From: Candidatus Hermodarchaeota archaeon | GTDB lineage: Archaea > Asgardarchaeota > Heimdallarchaeia > Hodarchaeales > Hodarchaeaceae | Assembly (NCBI GenBank): GCA_048886185.1 | Contig: JBHLKY010000019.1 | Location: forward strand, 1 to 32,000 | DNA length: 32,000 nt | Reading direction: 5' to 3' | In this document: piece after piece, positions 9,910-18,380 of the stretch | Numbering within the stretch: position 1 is the stretch's first letter | Layout of the letters: the number at the start of each line of letters is the position of its first letter | The notes under the pieces: model-generated | What the model was told of the DNA's origin: nothing | Seen by the model: the letters and a program-made list of their open reading frames with translations, nothing else | Databases searched by the model: none | Program-made: the position numbers and the translations under genes

Positions 9910-11838
9910 TTAATTTATGTCTTTTCTCTTACGTATGATATAAATAGTAGCCCCAAATAGTGAAATGACCATAAAAATATCAAAACCAGGAATACGATCC
10001 GAGGAAGAAGTTGTGGCGGAAGTAAGAGGAATGTTAAGAGATGTTTCTGGTAGCCTAGTTGATTGTGTAGTTGCTGTTAAAGGTACATCACGAATATCCC
10101 AATGCCAATCTTCATGCCGAATAAGGCTGATGTATTCTCCCCAAAGTGAGCTATTCCATTTATAAGGTCCAGAACCAGTCATTTCCGCCCGTGTTATGGG
10201 CATCCACCCAGTGAGATTATTTGAATGAGGTTCCCAGATGTGTTTGGGTAGAATAAAATGGCTCGTTGCCAATTTCCACTCAAAGTACCCCGTTTTATTT
10301 ACATACATTATAACAGTATGATCATCTGGGGTGTCTATGCGATAGATATCATTGATTTCTTTTTGTTTTACTGGATTAAACTCTGTGGCGTTTGGCCAGA
10401 GAGTTTCAAACGAGTATTTAACATCTTCTGAGGTGACAGGGTGGCCATCGTGCCATGTAGCATCCTCATATAAATAAAAAGTGTATTTTTCTCCTGTTTG
10501 GATATTACTAACTGGATCGTTACTGGTTGGTTCAACGATCCAGTTATAAGCTAATCCCGGAATAGGATCCCATGTTAACGGATCGACATTCCACAATCTT
10601 TCATATATATAATTTAAGTAATGATTACTATATGGTCGAAGGTCGAGAATGTTATCAGGTGCACAGTAAGCCGTTGTACCATAACGAAACGTACCACCAT
10701 AAGGACCACCTTTTGATTCCTGTAATCGAACTTTTGTACCAACATATGGATTATTACGATCAACAATTCCATGCCCATTGAAAGGTATTAACCCCTCAAA
10801 GTTATCTACACGATAACCATTGACATCTAGATCATTATAACAAGCAATCATTGGCTGTTCATAAACTAATAAATTCATGACTTCAGCAGAAGCAGCTTTT
10901 GCATCTGATACATTTTTAGCATTCATCAGATTATCAAGAGCTGTGTCGATAGAGTCATTACTGAAATAAAAAAAATTATCTGCATCATATTCTCCGGTTC
11001 GGAAGGATCCATATATATCTGTTGGAAGAGCGAAGATACTAGGTAACAAATTGAGACAGCCAGCCCAATAATTTCCACTATACATCTCATTGAGTATCGC
11101 AATGATATGTGGCATTTCAACAACTTCAGCCCGTATTCCCATTGCCTGTAATCCCTCTGTTGTTCTGATAGAAGTAACAAAGGCTGAATACCAAGCCTCT
11201 GAATAAAGAATTTGGATAGAGCATTCTAAATCATCCAAATCGGTGCCTTCGTCCCATATCTCATTGTGGTTCACATCATATTCACGCCAACCATCATGGT
11301 CCAAATCCAAAAAACCAGCAGCAGCTAGAGATGCGTTACCAGAGACATAATCGGCATCGTAGAAGTGCATATTCATTTGACTCTCGACTTCCCAGTCCTT
11401 AGCCGCTATTGGAATATAACTGTCCAGGGGGTCTCCACCATTCCCTGCTTGCATGTTAATCAAATGTTTATCCATACCAAAGGCCATTGCACGACGGAAA
11501 CCAGTTATATTTGTTGGGAAACGGCCAGAGTTTAGAACAATAGCTCGATGCCCTAAACTTAGTGAAAAATCCACGGCAGTATTTGGATCATTAATCAATG
11601 CTCCAATGTATTGAGGGAAAACATCTTCACCATAGGCATCGATATCATTACTCAGTAAAGCATTACCACCATCTCCAGTGCCAATAAACAGTATTTCATA
11701 AATATATCCACCATATGGGCGGAAATCAGATGACCAGTTGTTAGCTATTGTAATCAATGGTGATGAAATAGCAGCGCTGCATAAAACCATAAGAGAGACA
11801 ATTAGTCCTCCCATGTTGAGTATATCTACTTTTCGCAT
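9910..11838 (-). CDS. Circularly permuted family 5 solute-binding protein with PGF-CTERM-like tail
   Basis: FRRAMAFGMDK block near residue 113 precedes the GGTF / IYERL / PGLAYNW / WHDG / GSGPY block (residues about 377-560); ends in a Thr linker, IPGF, TM and RKRK. Confidence 0.82.
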   Translation of the reverse strand: MRKVDILNMGGLIVSLMVLCSAAISSPLITIANNWSSDFRPYGGYIYEILFIGTGDGGNALLSNDIDAYGEDVFPQYIGALINDPNTAVDFSLSLGHRAIVLNSGRFPTNITGFRRAMAFGMDKHLINMQAGNGGDPLDSYIPIAAKDWEVESQMNMHFYDADYVSGNASLAAAGFLDLDHDGWREYDVNHNEIWDEGTDLDDLECSIQILYSEAWYSAFVTSIRTTEGLQAMGIRAEVVEMPHIIAILNEMYSGNYWAGCLNLLPSIFALPTDIYGSFRTGEYDADNFFYFSNDSIDTALDNLMNAKNVSDAKAASAEVMNLLVYEQPMIACYNDLDVNGYRVDNFEGLIPFNGHGIVDRNNPYVGTKVRLQESKGGPYGGTFRYGTTAYCAPDNILDLRPYSNHYLNYIYERLWNVDPLTWDPIPGLAYNWIVEPTSNDPVSNIQTGEKYTFYLYEDATWHDGHPVTSEDVKYSFETLWPNATEFNPVKQKEINDIYRIDTPDDHTVIMYVNKTGYFEWKLATSHFILPKHIWEPHSNNLTGWMPITRAEMTGSGPYKWNSSLWGEYISLIRHEDWHWDIRDVPLTATTQSTRLPETSLNIPLTSATTSSSDRIPGFDIFMVISLFGATIYIIRKRKDIN

Positions 11839-11989
11839 AGATTGAACTCCTATTTGACCAAAAGCAAAAGATAAATTTGACTGGTGTTAAGGCATTTCAA
11901 TCTTTATAAGTAATTCCATCAGAATTGCATTTTTAGTTGATGAAGTTTACACTTAATTCTTTTCAACATACTTACTATGCGAAAAGGAC

Positions 11990-12412
11990 GGCTTTTTCAT
12001 TGAATTGTTTGATAAAGCTATCAATACTGGGTTAAAAGTCTAATAATACGCCAGTAAGTATCAGAATCATAATCTCTCTGTCCAATTCCTCTATAGATTT
12101 TCCCTGCAGCTCAATCTAGGTAGAAACATTTGAGGTGGAGGATTCTTTTCCTTCCAATGTAACGAGGTTCACCCATTTTATCAGTTCTTATTCCGTGTAA
12201 ACGACAACGAAAGTTTACTGAGGCATCCATTATACTCTCTAAATTCAGCTCTAAAGAACGAAATCTATCTACAACACTAACCACTGTTGGCGGATATAAG
12301 GATCATTTACCCTAAATGATCCACCAAACTGAGTGAAAATATCAAATGCAGTAAAAATACTTGTATCTATAAGCTGAACGAACGTTTGCACTATTAATAA
12401 TTTCCATACCAT
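11990..12412 (-). pseudogene. Decayed tandem copy of the adjacent YkgJ-family gene
   Basis: 90 nt from 12293 match the 90 nt from 12991 at 71/90 positions without gaps (FVQLIDTSIFTAFDIFTQFGGSFRVNDPYIRQQ vs LIQLIDTLVFTRFDVFTQFGGSFTVNIPYICQQ); a 2-nt deletion and TAG codons destroy CxxCxxCC. Weaker frameshifted similarity (YIG..NP.P, W...TFNP) toward 11990, so that boundary is approximate. Confidence 0.75.
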
Positions 12413-12444
12413 CAACTTACTTTAATACACTCAAGAGAAACTTA

Positions 12445-13089
12445 TTACAATAATTTCATGACTGGATTGATAGTCTTAAAAATCAATCTTTCATGATATT
12501 TGGGATTAAAAGTAAGAAAAGTCTCCCAAATAGAGACTATCTCATCTTCAGGTGGAGAATAGTAATGAAAAAATGTATGTTCTTCGATATCTCCTAGTTT
12601 AGGGACGGATGGATAGCTTGGATTAGGATTCTGATTCCCAATGAAGATTATTTCACGAATTCCAACACGATACTTTCGATTTTGAAGAATTGCTTGACAC
12701 ATATGATTGTGATGAAAGTAAGCTGGACATTTTGATCTCACCCGAGGAAACCACTCTCTGCATATCAACGGCCTCTGAGAATAAATTGAGCACATATCCT
12801 CTTGTAGAAAGATGCATGGCTTTATTTGACATAATTTCCGCATTATTTCAGAGTGATCTTCACATTTACTATTTTTTAAGAATTGTTTGCTTAGAAGTTG
12901 AAGATCAATCTTAAATGACTTTATTATATTAGCAAAAGATTTTGGATCTGGGAATGAAACCTCCTTACAACATTGTCCACACTGTTGACAGATATAAGGA
13001 ATGTTCACCGTAAAAGATCCCCCAAATTGAGTGAAAACATCAAATCTAGTGAAGACAAGTGTATCGATAAGCTGAATGAGCATCTTCAC
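12445..13089 (-). CDS. YkgJ-family (CxxCxxCC) putative Zn/Fe-S cluster protein
   Basis: CQQCGQCC near the N-terminus and PCIFL...CSIYSQRPLICR.WFP. Confidence 0.85.
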   Translation of the reverse strand: MKMLIQLIDTLVFTRFDVFTQFGGSFTVNIPYICQQCGQCCKEVSFPDPKSFANIIKSFKIDLQLLSKQFLKNSKCEDHSEIMRKLCQIKPCIFLQEDMCSIYSQRPLICREWFPRVRSKCPAYFHHNHMCQAILQNRKYRVGIREIIFIGNQNPNPSYPSVPKLGDIEEHTFFHYYSPPEDEIVSIWETFLTFNPKYHERLIFKTINPVMKLL

Positions 13090-13222
13090 TGTTAATGCTT
13101 CCTTATATTTGAAAATTCTTTTATAATTGCGATCAAAAAAGTGGATTCACTTTTCACGAAAATTGAACAGTGATTTCAATGTTTTAAATGTAATCCGTCC
13201 ATTTATAGTGATCTTAAACAGT

Positions 13223-13906
13223 TTAACCAATTTTGTAGCCTGAATTTTCCCAGGCTTGTTTCATTACTGGATTTCTCTTTAAATAGGAATCTACTACTTC
13301 TTTTGAAACCCTATTTAAAGGACATGAAAAATTAACACATCGTGGACAAATTTTAGCTACCAAATTCCTCCCAAAGACTAATGCTCCTCCAAATGTGAGG
13401 AAGCTTAAACCACTCAATATCAATACAAAGAACAGTTCAGTATTTGTTATATAAAGGGTTATTGATCCCCATGAAATGGTGATGAAGGGAATTCCTAAGA
13501 AAAGACCTAATCCAATAAATAATCCCGCTTTTTCCCATCTATTCATTGGTTCTGGGTTGTAATCCCATATTTTTAATAAACTATGATTTGCTAGACAATG
13601 CAAGATTCTTCCTTCTTCGGAATAATAAGGACAGTGGCGACATAATACAAATATTTCAAAAAATCCGAAGAAAACAACCCAAAAACTGGCATAAATAATC
13701 ACCCCAACCCAACTTCCTGTCCAGAATGTAGTTAAAATTAAGCCGATACCTGCAGGAAGGAAAAATGGCAAGCCATTAATATAAAACCTGATTAAGTGTT
13801 TTCTATCCCATCTACAATCTAAATCAGTACAAATAGTACAATTCTCACATTTTTCTAGTATATCCCAAGTGCAAGAAACTTTTTTATTTGGATTTTTAGT
13901 TGTCAT
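13223..13906 (-). CDS. Cys-rich multi-pass membrane protein of unknown function
   Basis: About 4 TM helices; 11 Cys in three clusters: CTW..KCENCTICTDLDC, LCRHCPYY..HC, ICPRCVNFSCP. Confidence 0.75.
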   Translation of the reverse strand: MTTKNPNKKVSCTWDILEKCENCTICTDLDCRWDRKHLIRFYINGLPFFLPAGIGLILTTFWTGSWVGVIIYASFWVVFFGFFEIFVLCRHCPYYSEEGRILHCLANHSLLKIWDYNPEPMNRWEKAGLFIGLGLFLGIPFITISWGSITLYITNTELFFVLILSGLSFLTFGGALVFGRNLVAKICPRCVNFSCPLNRVSKEVVDSYLKRNPVMKQAWENSGYKIG

Positions 13907-14011
13907 TACTCCTATTCATCCTGAGTGATGTAATTTGTTTTTATATCTGTAAAATAATTTAAAAGTGGCAATTTAGCATTCTTTTGGGAGGATTCTAGTA
14001 CTAATAAAGAT

Positions 14012-14030
14012 TCGTGTACAATGTACACGA
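14012..14030. promoter_or_regulatory. Perfect 19-bp palindrome, putative operator
   Basis: TCGTGTACA-A-TGTACACGA in the divergent intergenic gap, about 20 bp upstream of a TTTTTAAG box preceding the M20 gene. Confidence 0.6.
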
Positions 14031-14075
14031 TGGATTCACTGAAACAGATTTTTAAGGGCCATCATTTCATTCACA

Positions 14076-15260
14076 ATGGGAAAAATTATGACGAAAGAGC
14101 TACTCTCCAGGCTTGAGTTATCATATACACAACGACTCTTGGAGGATATGATTCGCATTAATTCTATTGTAGGTAATGAAGGGGAACTAGCTGAGTATCT
14201 TAAAGATGAATTGGAAACCTTGGGTTTGAAAGGTGATCTAGACCTTGTGGAACCTAGTCGCCCTAATGTCTATGCCCGATTAATTGGTGATAAACCAGGG
14301 AAAAGGCTTAATTTCAATGGTCATATGGATACGGTTCCTGTTGTAGATGGATGGGATACTGATCCCTTTACCCCTGTCATTAAAGACCAGAAATTGTTTG
14401 GTCTTGGTACCTGTGACATGAAGGCAGGCATTGCTTGCATTTTGACTATGTTCCGAGCTTTTATAGAATCTGGATACTCTTTTAATGGAGAGCTTTCTTT
14501 TTCAGGAGTGATTGATGAAGAGGCATATGGCAAAGGAGCTAAGGCGATGCTAAAAACAGATTTCGCTAAAGTTGACGCGATCATTTTAGCTGAACCATAT
14601 CCTGGAGATAAAATCAAACCAATTCCACTTGGAATCACTGGTAAAATTCTCTATAACATCTCTGTAAAAGGAAAAGCTGCTCATGGGTTTCGTCCTCATC
14701 TAGGTATAAACGCAATTGAGGAGTTGGGGAAAATTATTACTAATCTACCTCAACTGAACTTCAAGGATCATCCCGATTTTGGAAGAGGGAACTACTCCAC
14801 TTTGAAAATTGAAGGAGGATATGGAGATGTGTACTCAGTAGTGGTTCCTGCTTCTGCTCGTGTAGAAATAAATCGGTTATTAGTTCCTGGTGAAACAATA
14901 GAAACCGCTATAGAAGATATGAAAAGATTAGTTCAATCACTTGATCTTATCGCTGATGTAGAAATAAGAACAAAACCTCCTCAATATGAAGCTTTCGTGC
15001 TAGATAGAAATGAACCCATTATTCAGATATTTGATTCTGTTTATAGACAGGTAATGGGACGACCAGCTCATTATGAATACACATCGGGGATAACAGACGC
15101 TAATATCTTCGCAGGAGAGGGTGATATTCCCTGTTTACATTTAGGTCCACCCCAAGAAGTAGCTCACCAAAAAAATGAGTATGTGTTGCTAGATGAGTTA
15201 CAACCATTGTCTCAGATGTTCACCCTCATTGCAGCTAGGTTCCTTGAAGATACCTCTTGA
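14076..15260 (+). CDS. M20 family metallo-amidohydrolase (ArgE/DapE-like)
   Basis: Metal ligand motifs NGHMDTV, GTCDMKAG, DEE, AEP, AHQKNE; dimerisation-domain GKAAHG..PHLGINAI. Confidence 0.9.
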   Translation: MGKIMTKELLSRLELSYTQRLLEDMIRINSIVGNEGELAEYLKDELETLGLKGDLDLVEPSRPNVYARLIGDKPGKRLNFNGHMDTVPVVDGWDTDPFTPVIKDQKLFGLGTCDMKAGIACILTMFRAFIESGYSFNGELSFSGVIDEEAYGKGAKAMLKTDFAKVDAIILAEPYPGDKIKPIPLGITGKILYNISVKGKAAHGFRPHLGINAIEELGKIITNLPQLNFKDHPDFGRGNYSTLKIEGGYGDVYSVVVPASARVEINRLLVPGETIETAIEDMKRLVQSLDLIADVEIRTKPPQYEAFVLDRNEPIIQIFDSVYRQVMGRPAHYEYTSGITDANIFAGEGDIPCLHLGPPQEVAHQKNEYVLLDELQPLSQMFTLIAARFLEDTS

Positions 15261-15286
15261 ACAACAATTTGTAAATGGTGAATTGA

Positions 15287-16672
15287 ATGGTTACTCCACC
15301 GTGGCGTATAAATGAAGTACTAGAAAGAGCAGAAACGGGTCCTGTGTGTTTGGAAAGAGATTATGACCTTAAGCTGTTGGTGCCTGCACTCAGGAGAGTC
15401 ATCAAGGAATATGACATTTCTTTTGACCCTGCGATACCCGTTCCAGATGATAATACCTTAGCTGATAATCTTTGGAACGCTGCGTTTGATTTATATCTCG
15501 AGGTTGGCAGTTTACACACTGATACTTATAGGAGGATTTTATTTACAGAAGATGAGATAAAGGAAGCTCTAGGCAATTTTCCTGGTAAGTTTACGTTGGG
15601 ATTTGGGCGTGACTCTAGAGAATTATCATTTCGATGTATTGAAGATCAGAAAACACCTTTTTGTATGTTTACACCAGATATAACCTGTGATGAGGATCTT
15701 TTTCTCCCCATGAGTATGGCTTATTTACAAGAACCTCTAGCTGATGGTGTATGTGCTCCCATTCTTGATGAGATTCAGGGGATGCCCATACGCTCTGGAT
15801 ATCCATCTGAAGTTCTTGGAAGTGTTTCTCATGCGATGATGTTTCGTGAGGCTGCCAGACGAGTTGGACGACCAGGTATCTTCCTTAAAAGTGTTGGAAC
15901 AGCAGAGTCGGATGCTGCACAATTTGCTGCTAGCAATCCTGAATGGGGAGAAAGATTAACAGATGGACGTTTTGTAGCAAGTGTAACTGAACTCAAGATA
16001 AATAACTCGCTCATGAACAAGATGGTACATTTTCATACATATGGATGCTTTATTGGGGCTCTCGCGGGACCAATTCTTGGTGGATATGCTGGTGGGCCAG
16101 AAGGGACTGCTGTGGTTGGAGTTGCTTATCATTTAATGGGATTACTTGTAAATCAGGCACACTTTATGGTCTATTTTCCCTTTCATTTGAAACATACCTG
16201 CAATACAACACGAGAGCTTCTCTGGGTGTTATCAACAACCTATCAAGCGTTGTCTCGAAATAGTAATCTTATCTCTATGTCAGCTAGCTATGCTGCTGCT
16301 GGTCCATGTACACCTATGGTTTTAAAAGAAGCTGCTACACACGCATTGGCCTCTGTTGTTTCTGGTTCCAACCTCTGGATAATGGCTGCAGCAAAGAATA
16401 GACATAAAAATTATGCTACTCCTTTGGAAGCACGAATGGCTGGTGAGGTGGGATTGGGAACAATAAAAAATCGATTGGCAAGAAGTGATGTTAATGAGCT
16501 TGTTCTTCCTCTTCTAAAGACCTACGAAGATAATATTGAAAATGCTCCGTTAGGGAAAAGTTTTCGTGAATGTTATGACATAAAGCGGTGTAAACCTAAA
16601 CCAGAATATTTGGATCTTTATCGAACGACTCGAATGGAGCTCGAAGACCTTGGTATCCCATTTATTTACTGA
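15287..16672 (+). CDS. mtmB: Monomethylamine methyltransferase (MtmB) family homologue without pyrrolysine (Lys201)
   Basis: About 460 aa; GRPG..., ELKIN, GGYAGGPE, AGPCT, EAR..GEV, GKSFRECYD...ELEDLGIPF match Methanosarcina MtmB as I recall it; uninterrupted ORF with no in-frame TAG. Confidence 0.88.
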   Translation: MVTPPWRINEVLERAETGPVCLERDYDLKLLVPALRRVIKEYDISFDPAIPVPDDNTLADNLWNAAFDLYLEVGSLHTDTYRRILFTEDEIKEALGNFPGKFTLGFGRDSRELSFRCIEDQKTPFCMFTPDITCDEDLFLPMSMAYLQEPLADGVCAPILDEIQGMPIRSGYPSEVLGSVSHAMMFREAARRVGRPGIFLKSVGTAESDAAQFAASNPEWGERLTDGRFVASVTELKINNSLMNKMVHFHTYGCFIGALAGPILGGYAGGPEGTAVVGVAYHLMGLLVNQAHFMVYFPFHLKHTCNTTRELLWVLSTTYQALSRNSNLISMSASYAAAGPCTPMVLKEAATHALASVVSGSNLWIMAAAKNRHKNYATPLEARMAGEVGLGTIKNRLARSDVNELVLPLLKTYEDNIENAPLGKSFRECYDIKRCKPKPEYLDLYRTTRMELEDLGIPFIY

Positions 16673-16742
16673 TAATAAATGATGAATTACTTGCTCGAAA
16701 ATCGGCACAATATTTAAAATAATGATCAATGGAGCTATTATC

Positions 16743-17282
16743 ATGAAACTTTCGTATGAAGAAATGATTGCTGCACGAATAAGGCGTGATGCTTCATACG
16801 ATGGAAATTTCTATGTGGGGGTACGGACTATGAAAATTTTCTGTCTACCTTCTTGCAAAGCAAGATTGCCTCTTGAGAAAAACATGGTTTTCTTCTCGAC
16901 ACAGGATGAAGCAATTTCTGCAGGATATCGAAGCTGCAAACGATGTAAACCAGATTTATTTCCCAAAAATTCACCTAATTGGTTAGATAAAGTTTTTACT
17001 TACATGAAAAGGAATGTTTCAGAGAAACTTGATGAAAAGACTTTAGTTCGGATAACAGGTGTTGAGATTTCAACTATTAGGCGAAATTTTAAAACCTATT
17101 ATCAGGAAACTCCGCTAGCATTCCACAGGAGACTTCGTTTAATTTATGCTAAAAGATTACTCCAAAAAGGAGTGAGTTCTAAAGAACTCCCATCTCGATG
17201 CGGTTTTAAATCCTATAGTGGTTTTAAAACAGCCTTTTTAAAGGAATTTGGACATACACCTGGAGAAGTTGATAATGTCTGA
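16743..17282 (+). CDS. adaA: AdaA-like protein: Ada Zn-binding methylphosphotriester-repair domain plus AraC-type HTH
   Basis: RDASYDGNFYVGV..IFCLPSC...AGYRSCKRCKPD (Cx3C and Cx2C); C-terminal CGFKSYSGFKTAFLKEFGHTP AraC signature. ATG 16743 preferred over the track start at 16722. Confidence 0.9.
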   Translation: MKLSYEEMIAARIRRDASYDGNFYVGVRTMKIFCLPSCKARLPLEKNMVFFSTQDEAISAGYRSCKRCKPDLFPKNSPNWLDKVFTYMKRNVSEKLDEKTLVRITGVEISTIRRNFKTYYQETPLAFHRRLRLIYAKRLLQKGVSSKELPSRCGFKSYSGFKTAFLKEFGHTPGEVDNV

Positions 17283-17808
17283 TATTAAAATGGTTTATAA
17301 GTATGTGGAAAGCCCTCTAGGCAATCTAATCATTGGTGCAACTTCCCAGGGTTGTTGTCTTTTGGAATTTAAAGATAGATATAGTGAAGCTGAAATCAAC
17401 TCCCATTACAAAAAATGGTACAATGCTGATAGTGTCGAGGGTTCACATCCGACTCTTGATAACCTTGAAAATGAGCTTAGAGATTATTTTGATAGAAAAC
17501 TTCGTAATTTTTCCATTCCACTTGACTTACGAGGTACTGAGTTCGAGATGTTGGTATGGAAGGAACTACTGAAGATTCCTTATGGAGAAACTAGATCTTA
17601 CAATGATATTGCTAAAGCAATAGGTAATGCATCTGCATCCCGGGCTGTTGGTAGAGCAAATGGTAATAATCCAGTTGCGATTGTCGTTCCTTGCCACAGG
17701 GTAATTGCTAGCAATGGAAAATTACATGGTTATGGTGGAGGATTGTGGCGAAAAGAGAAGCTCCTGGCTTTAGAATCTAAAAAGAAGAGTTTAACCGAGT
17801 TTATGTGA
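17275..17808 (+). CDS. ogt: Methylated-DNA--protein-cysteine methyltransferase (Ogt/AdaB)
   Basis: LLKIPYGETRSY, SRAVGRANGNNP, active-site PCHRV, GYGGGLWRKEKLLALE; start overlaps the adaA stop by 8 nt. Confidence 0.93.
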   Translation: MSDIKMVYKYVESPLGNLIIGATSQGCCLLEFKDRYSEAEINSHYKKWYNADSVEGSHPTLDNLENELRDYFDRKLRNFSIPLDLRGTEFEMLVWKELLKIPYGETRSYNDIAKAIGNASASRAVGRANGNNPVAIVVPCHRVIASNGKLHGYGGGLWRKEKLLALESKKKSLTEFM

Positions 17809-17814
17809 ATATTA

Positions 17815-18339
17815 CTACTTTTTTTCTGATTTTGGGATGCCTATCCATCTCGGAGTAGCTTCCATATAGTTTTCATATTCTTTCTTATGTTTTTTCCTTA
17901 AATGTGGTTCTTCTATAAAATATACTACAAAATGAAAAAGAATAAACGATACAATGCTCCAAATGATTATTATAGGAAATTGAAATAGCACCCCTTCTCC
18001 AAGAATGAGAACTACAACTCCCAAATACATCGGATTCCTTGAGTATCGGTATAAACCGATTTTTACAAGTTTATCGGGCTCCAATCCAAAAATTTTCTCT
18101 AATTTTTTCATAAAGAATATCATGGGTGTTCCTTCCCCCGTTATCAAAAAAGAAATGCCCGAATAACAGTAGAAAACGAATCCAATGCTTATCAGCAAAA
18201 TCCCCAATATATGTGTTGCACCTAAATTAATTTTTTGGGGCCATAAAGAACTTAAGAACCATGGGATGAAAATCACTACGGTCCCAGGTATAAAAATGGT
18301 AAAAATACAAGTTTTGATGATAAGATCAAAGCCTTTCAT
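17815..18339 (-). CDS. Isoprenylcysteine carboxyl-methyltransferase / phospholipid methyltransferase (ICMT/PEMT) family membrane protein
   Basis: GLYRYSRNPMYLG, EE..L...Y..Y...TPRW; multiple TM helices. Confidence 0.85.
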   Translation of the reverse strand: MKGFDLIIKTCIFTIFIPGTVVIFIPWFLSSLWPQKINLGATHILGILLISIGFVFYCYSGISFLITGEGTPMIFFMKKLEKIFGLEPDKLVKIGLYRYSRNPMYLGVVVLILGEGVLFQFPIIIIWSIVSFILFHFVVYFIEEPHLRKKHKKEYENYMEATPRWIGIPKSEKK

Positions 18340-18380
18340 GAATCAATGCCTCTAGGGGTTGTTTGAACTTACTTACTAGT

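Noticed and set aside
13223-13906. Multiheme cytochrome interpretation of the Cys-rich membrane protein
   Set aside because: No CxxCH motif; motifs are CxxCP and CxxCxxC.
16690-16712. Ada box upstream of adaA
   Set aside because: Best match is GAT-N6-GCAA on the minus strand, one mismatch to a very short consensus; not significant.
17815-18339. ICMT-like gene as a eukaryotic signature for CaaX processing
   Set aside because: ICMT/PEMT-family proteins are widespread in prokaryotes; no prenyltransferase or CaaX substrate in the window.
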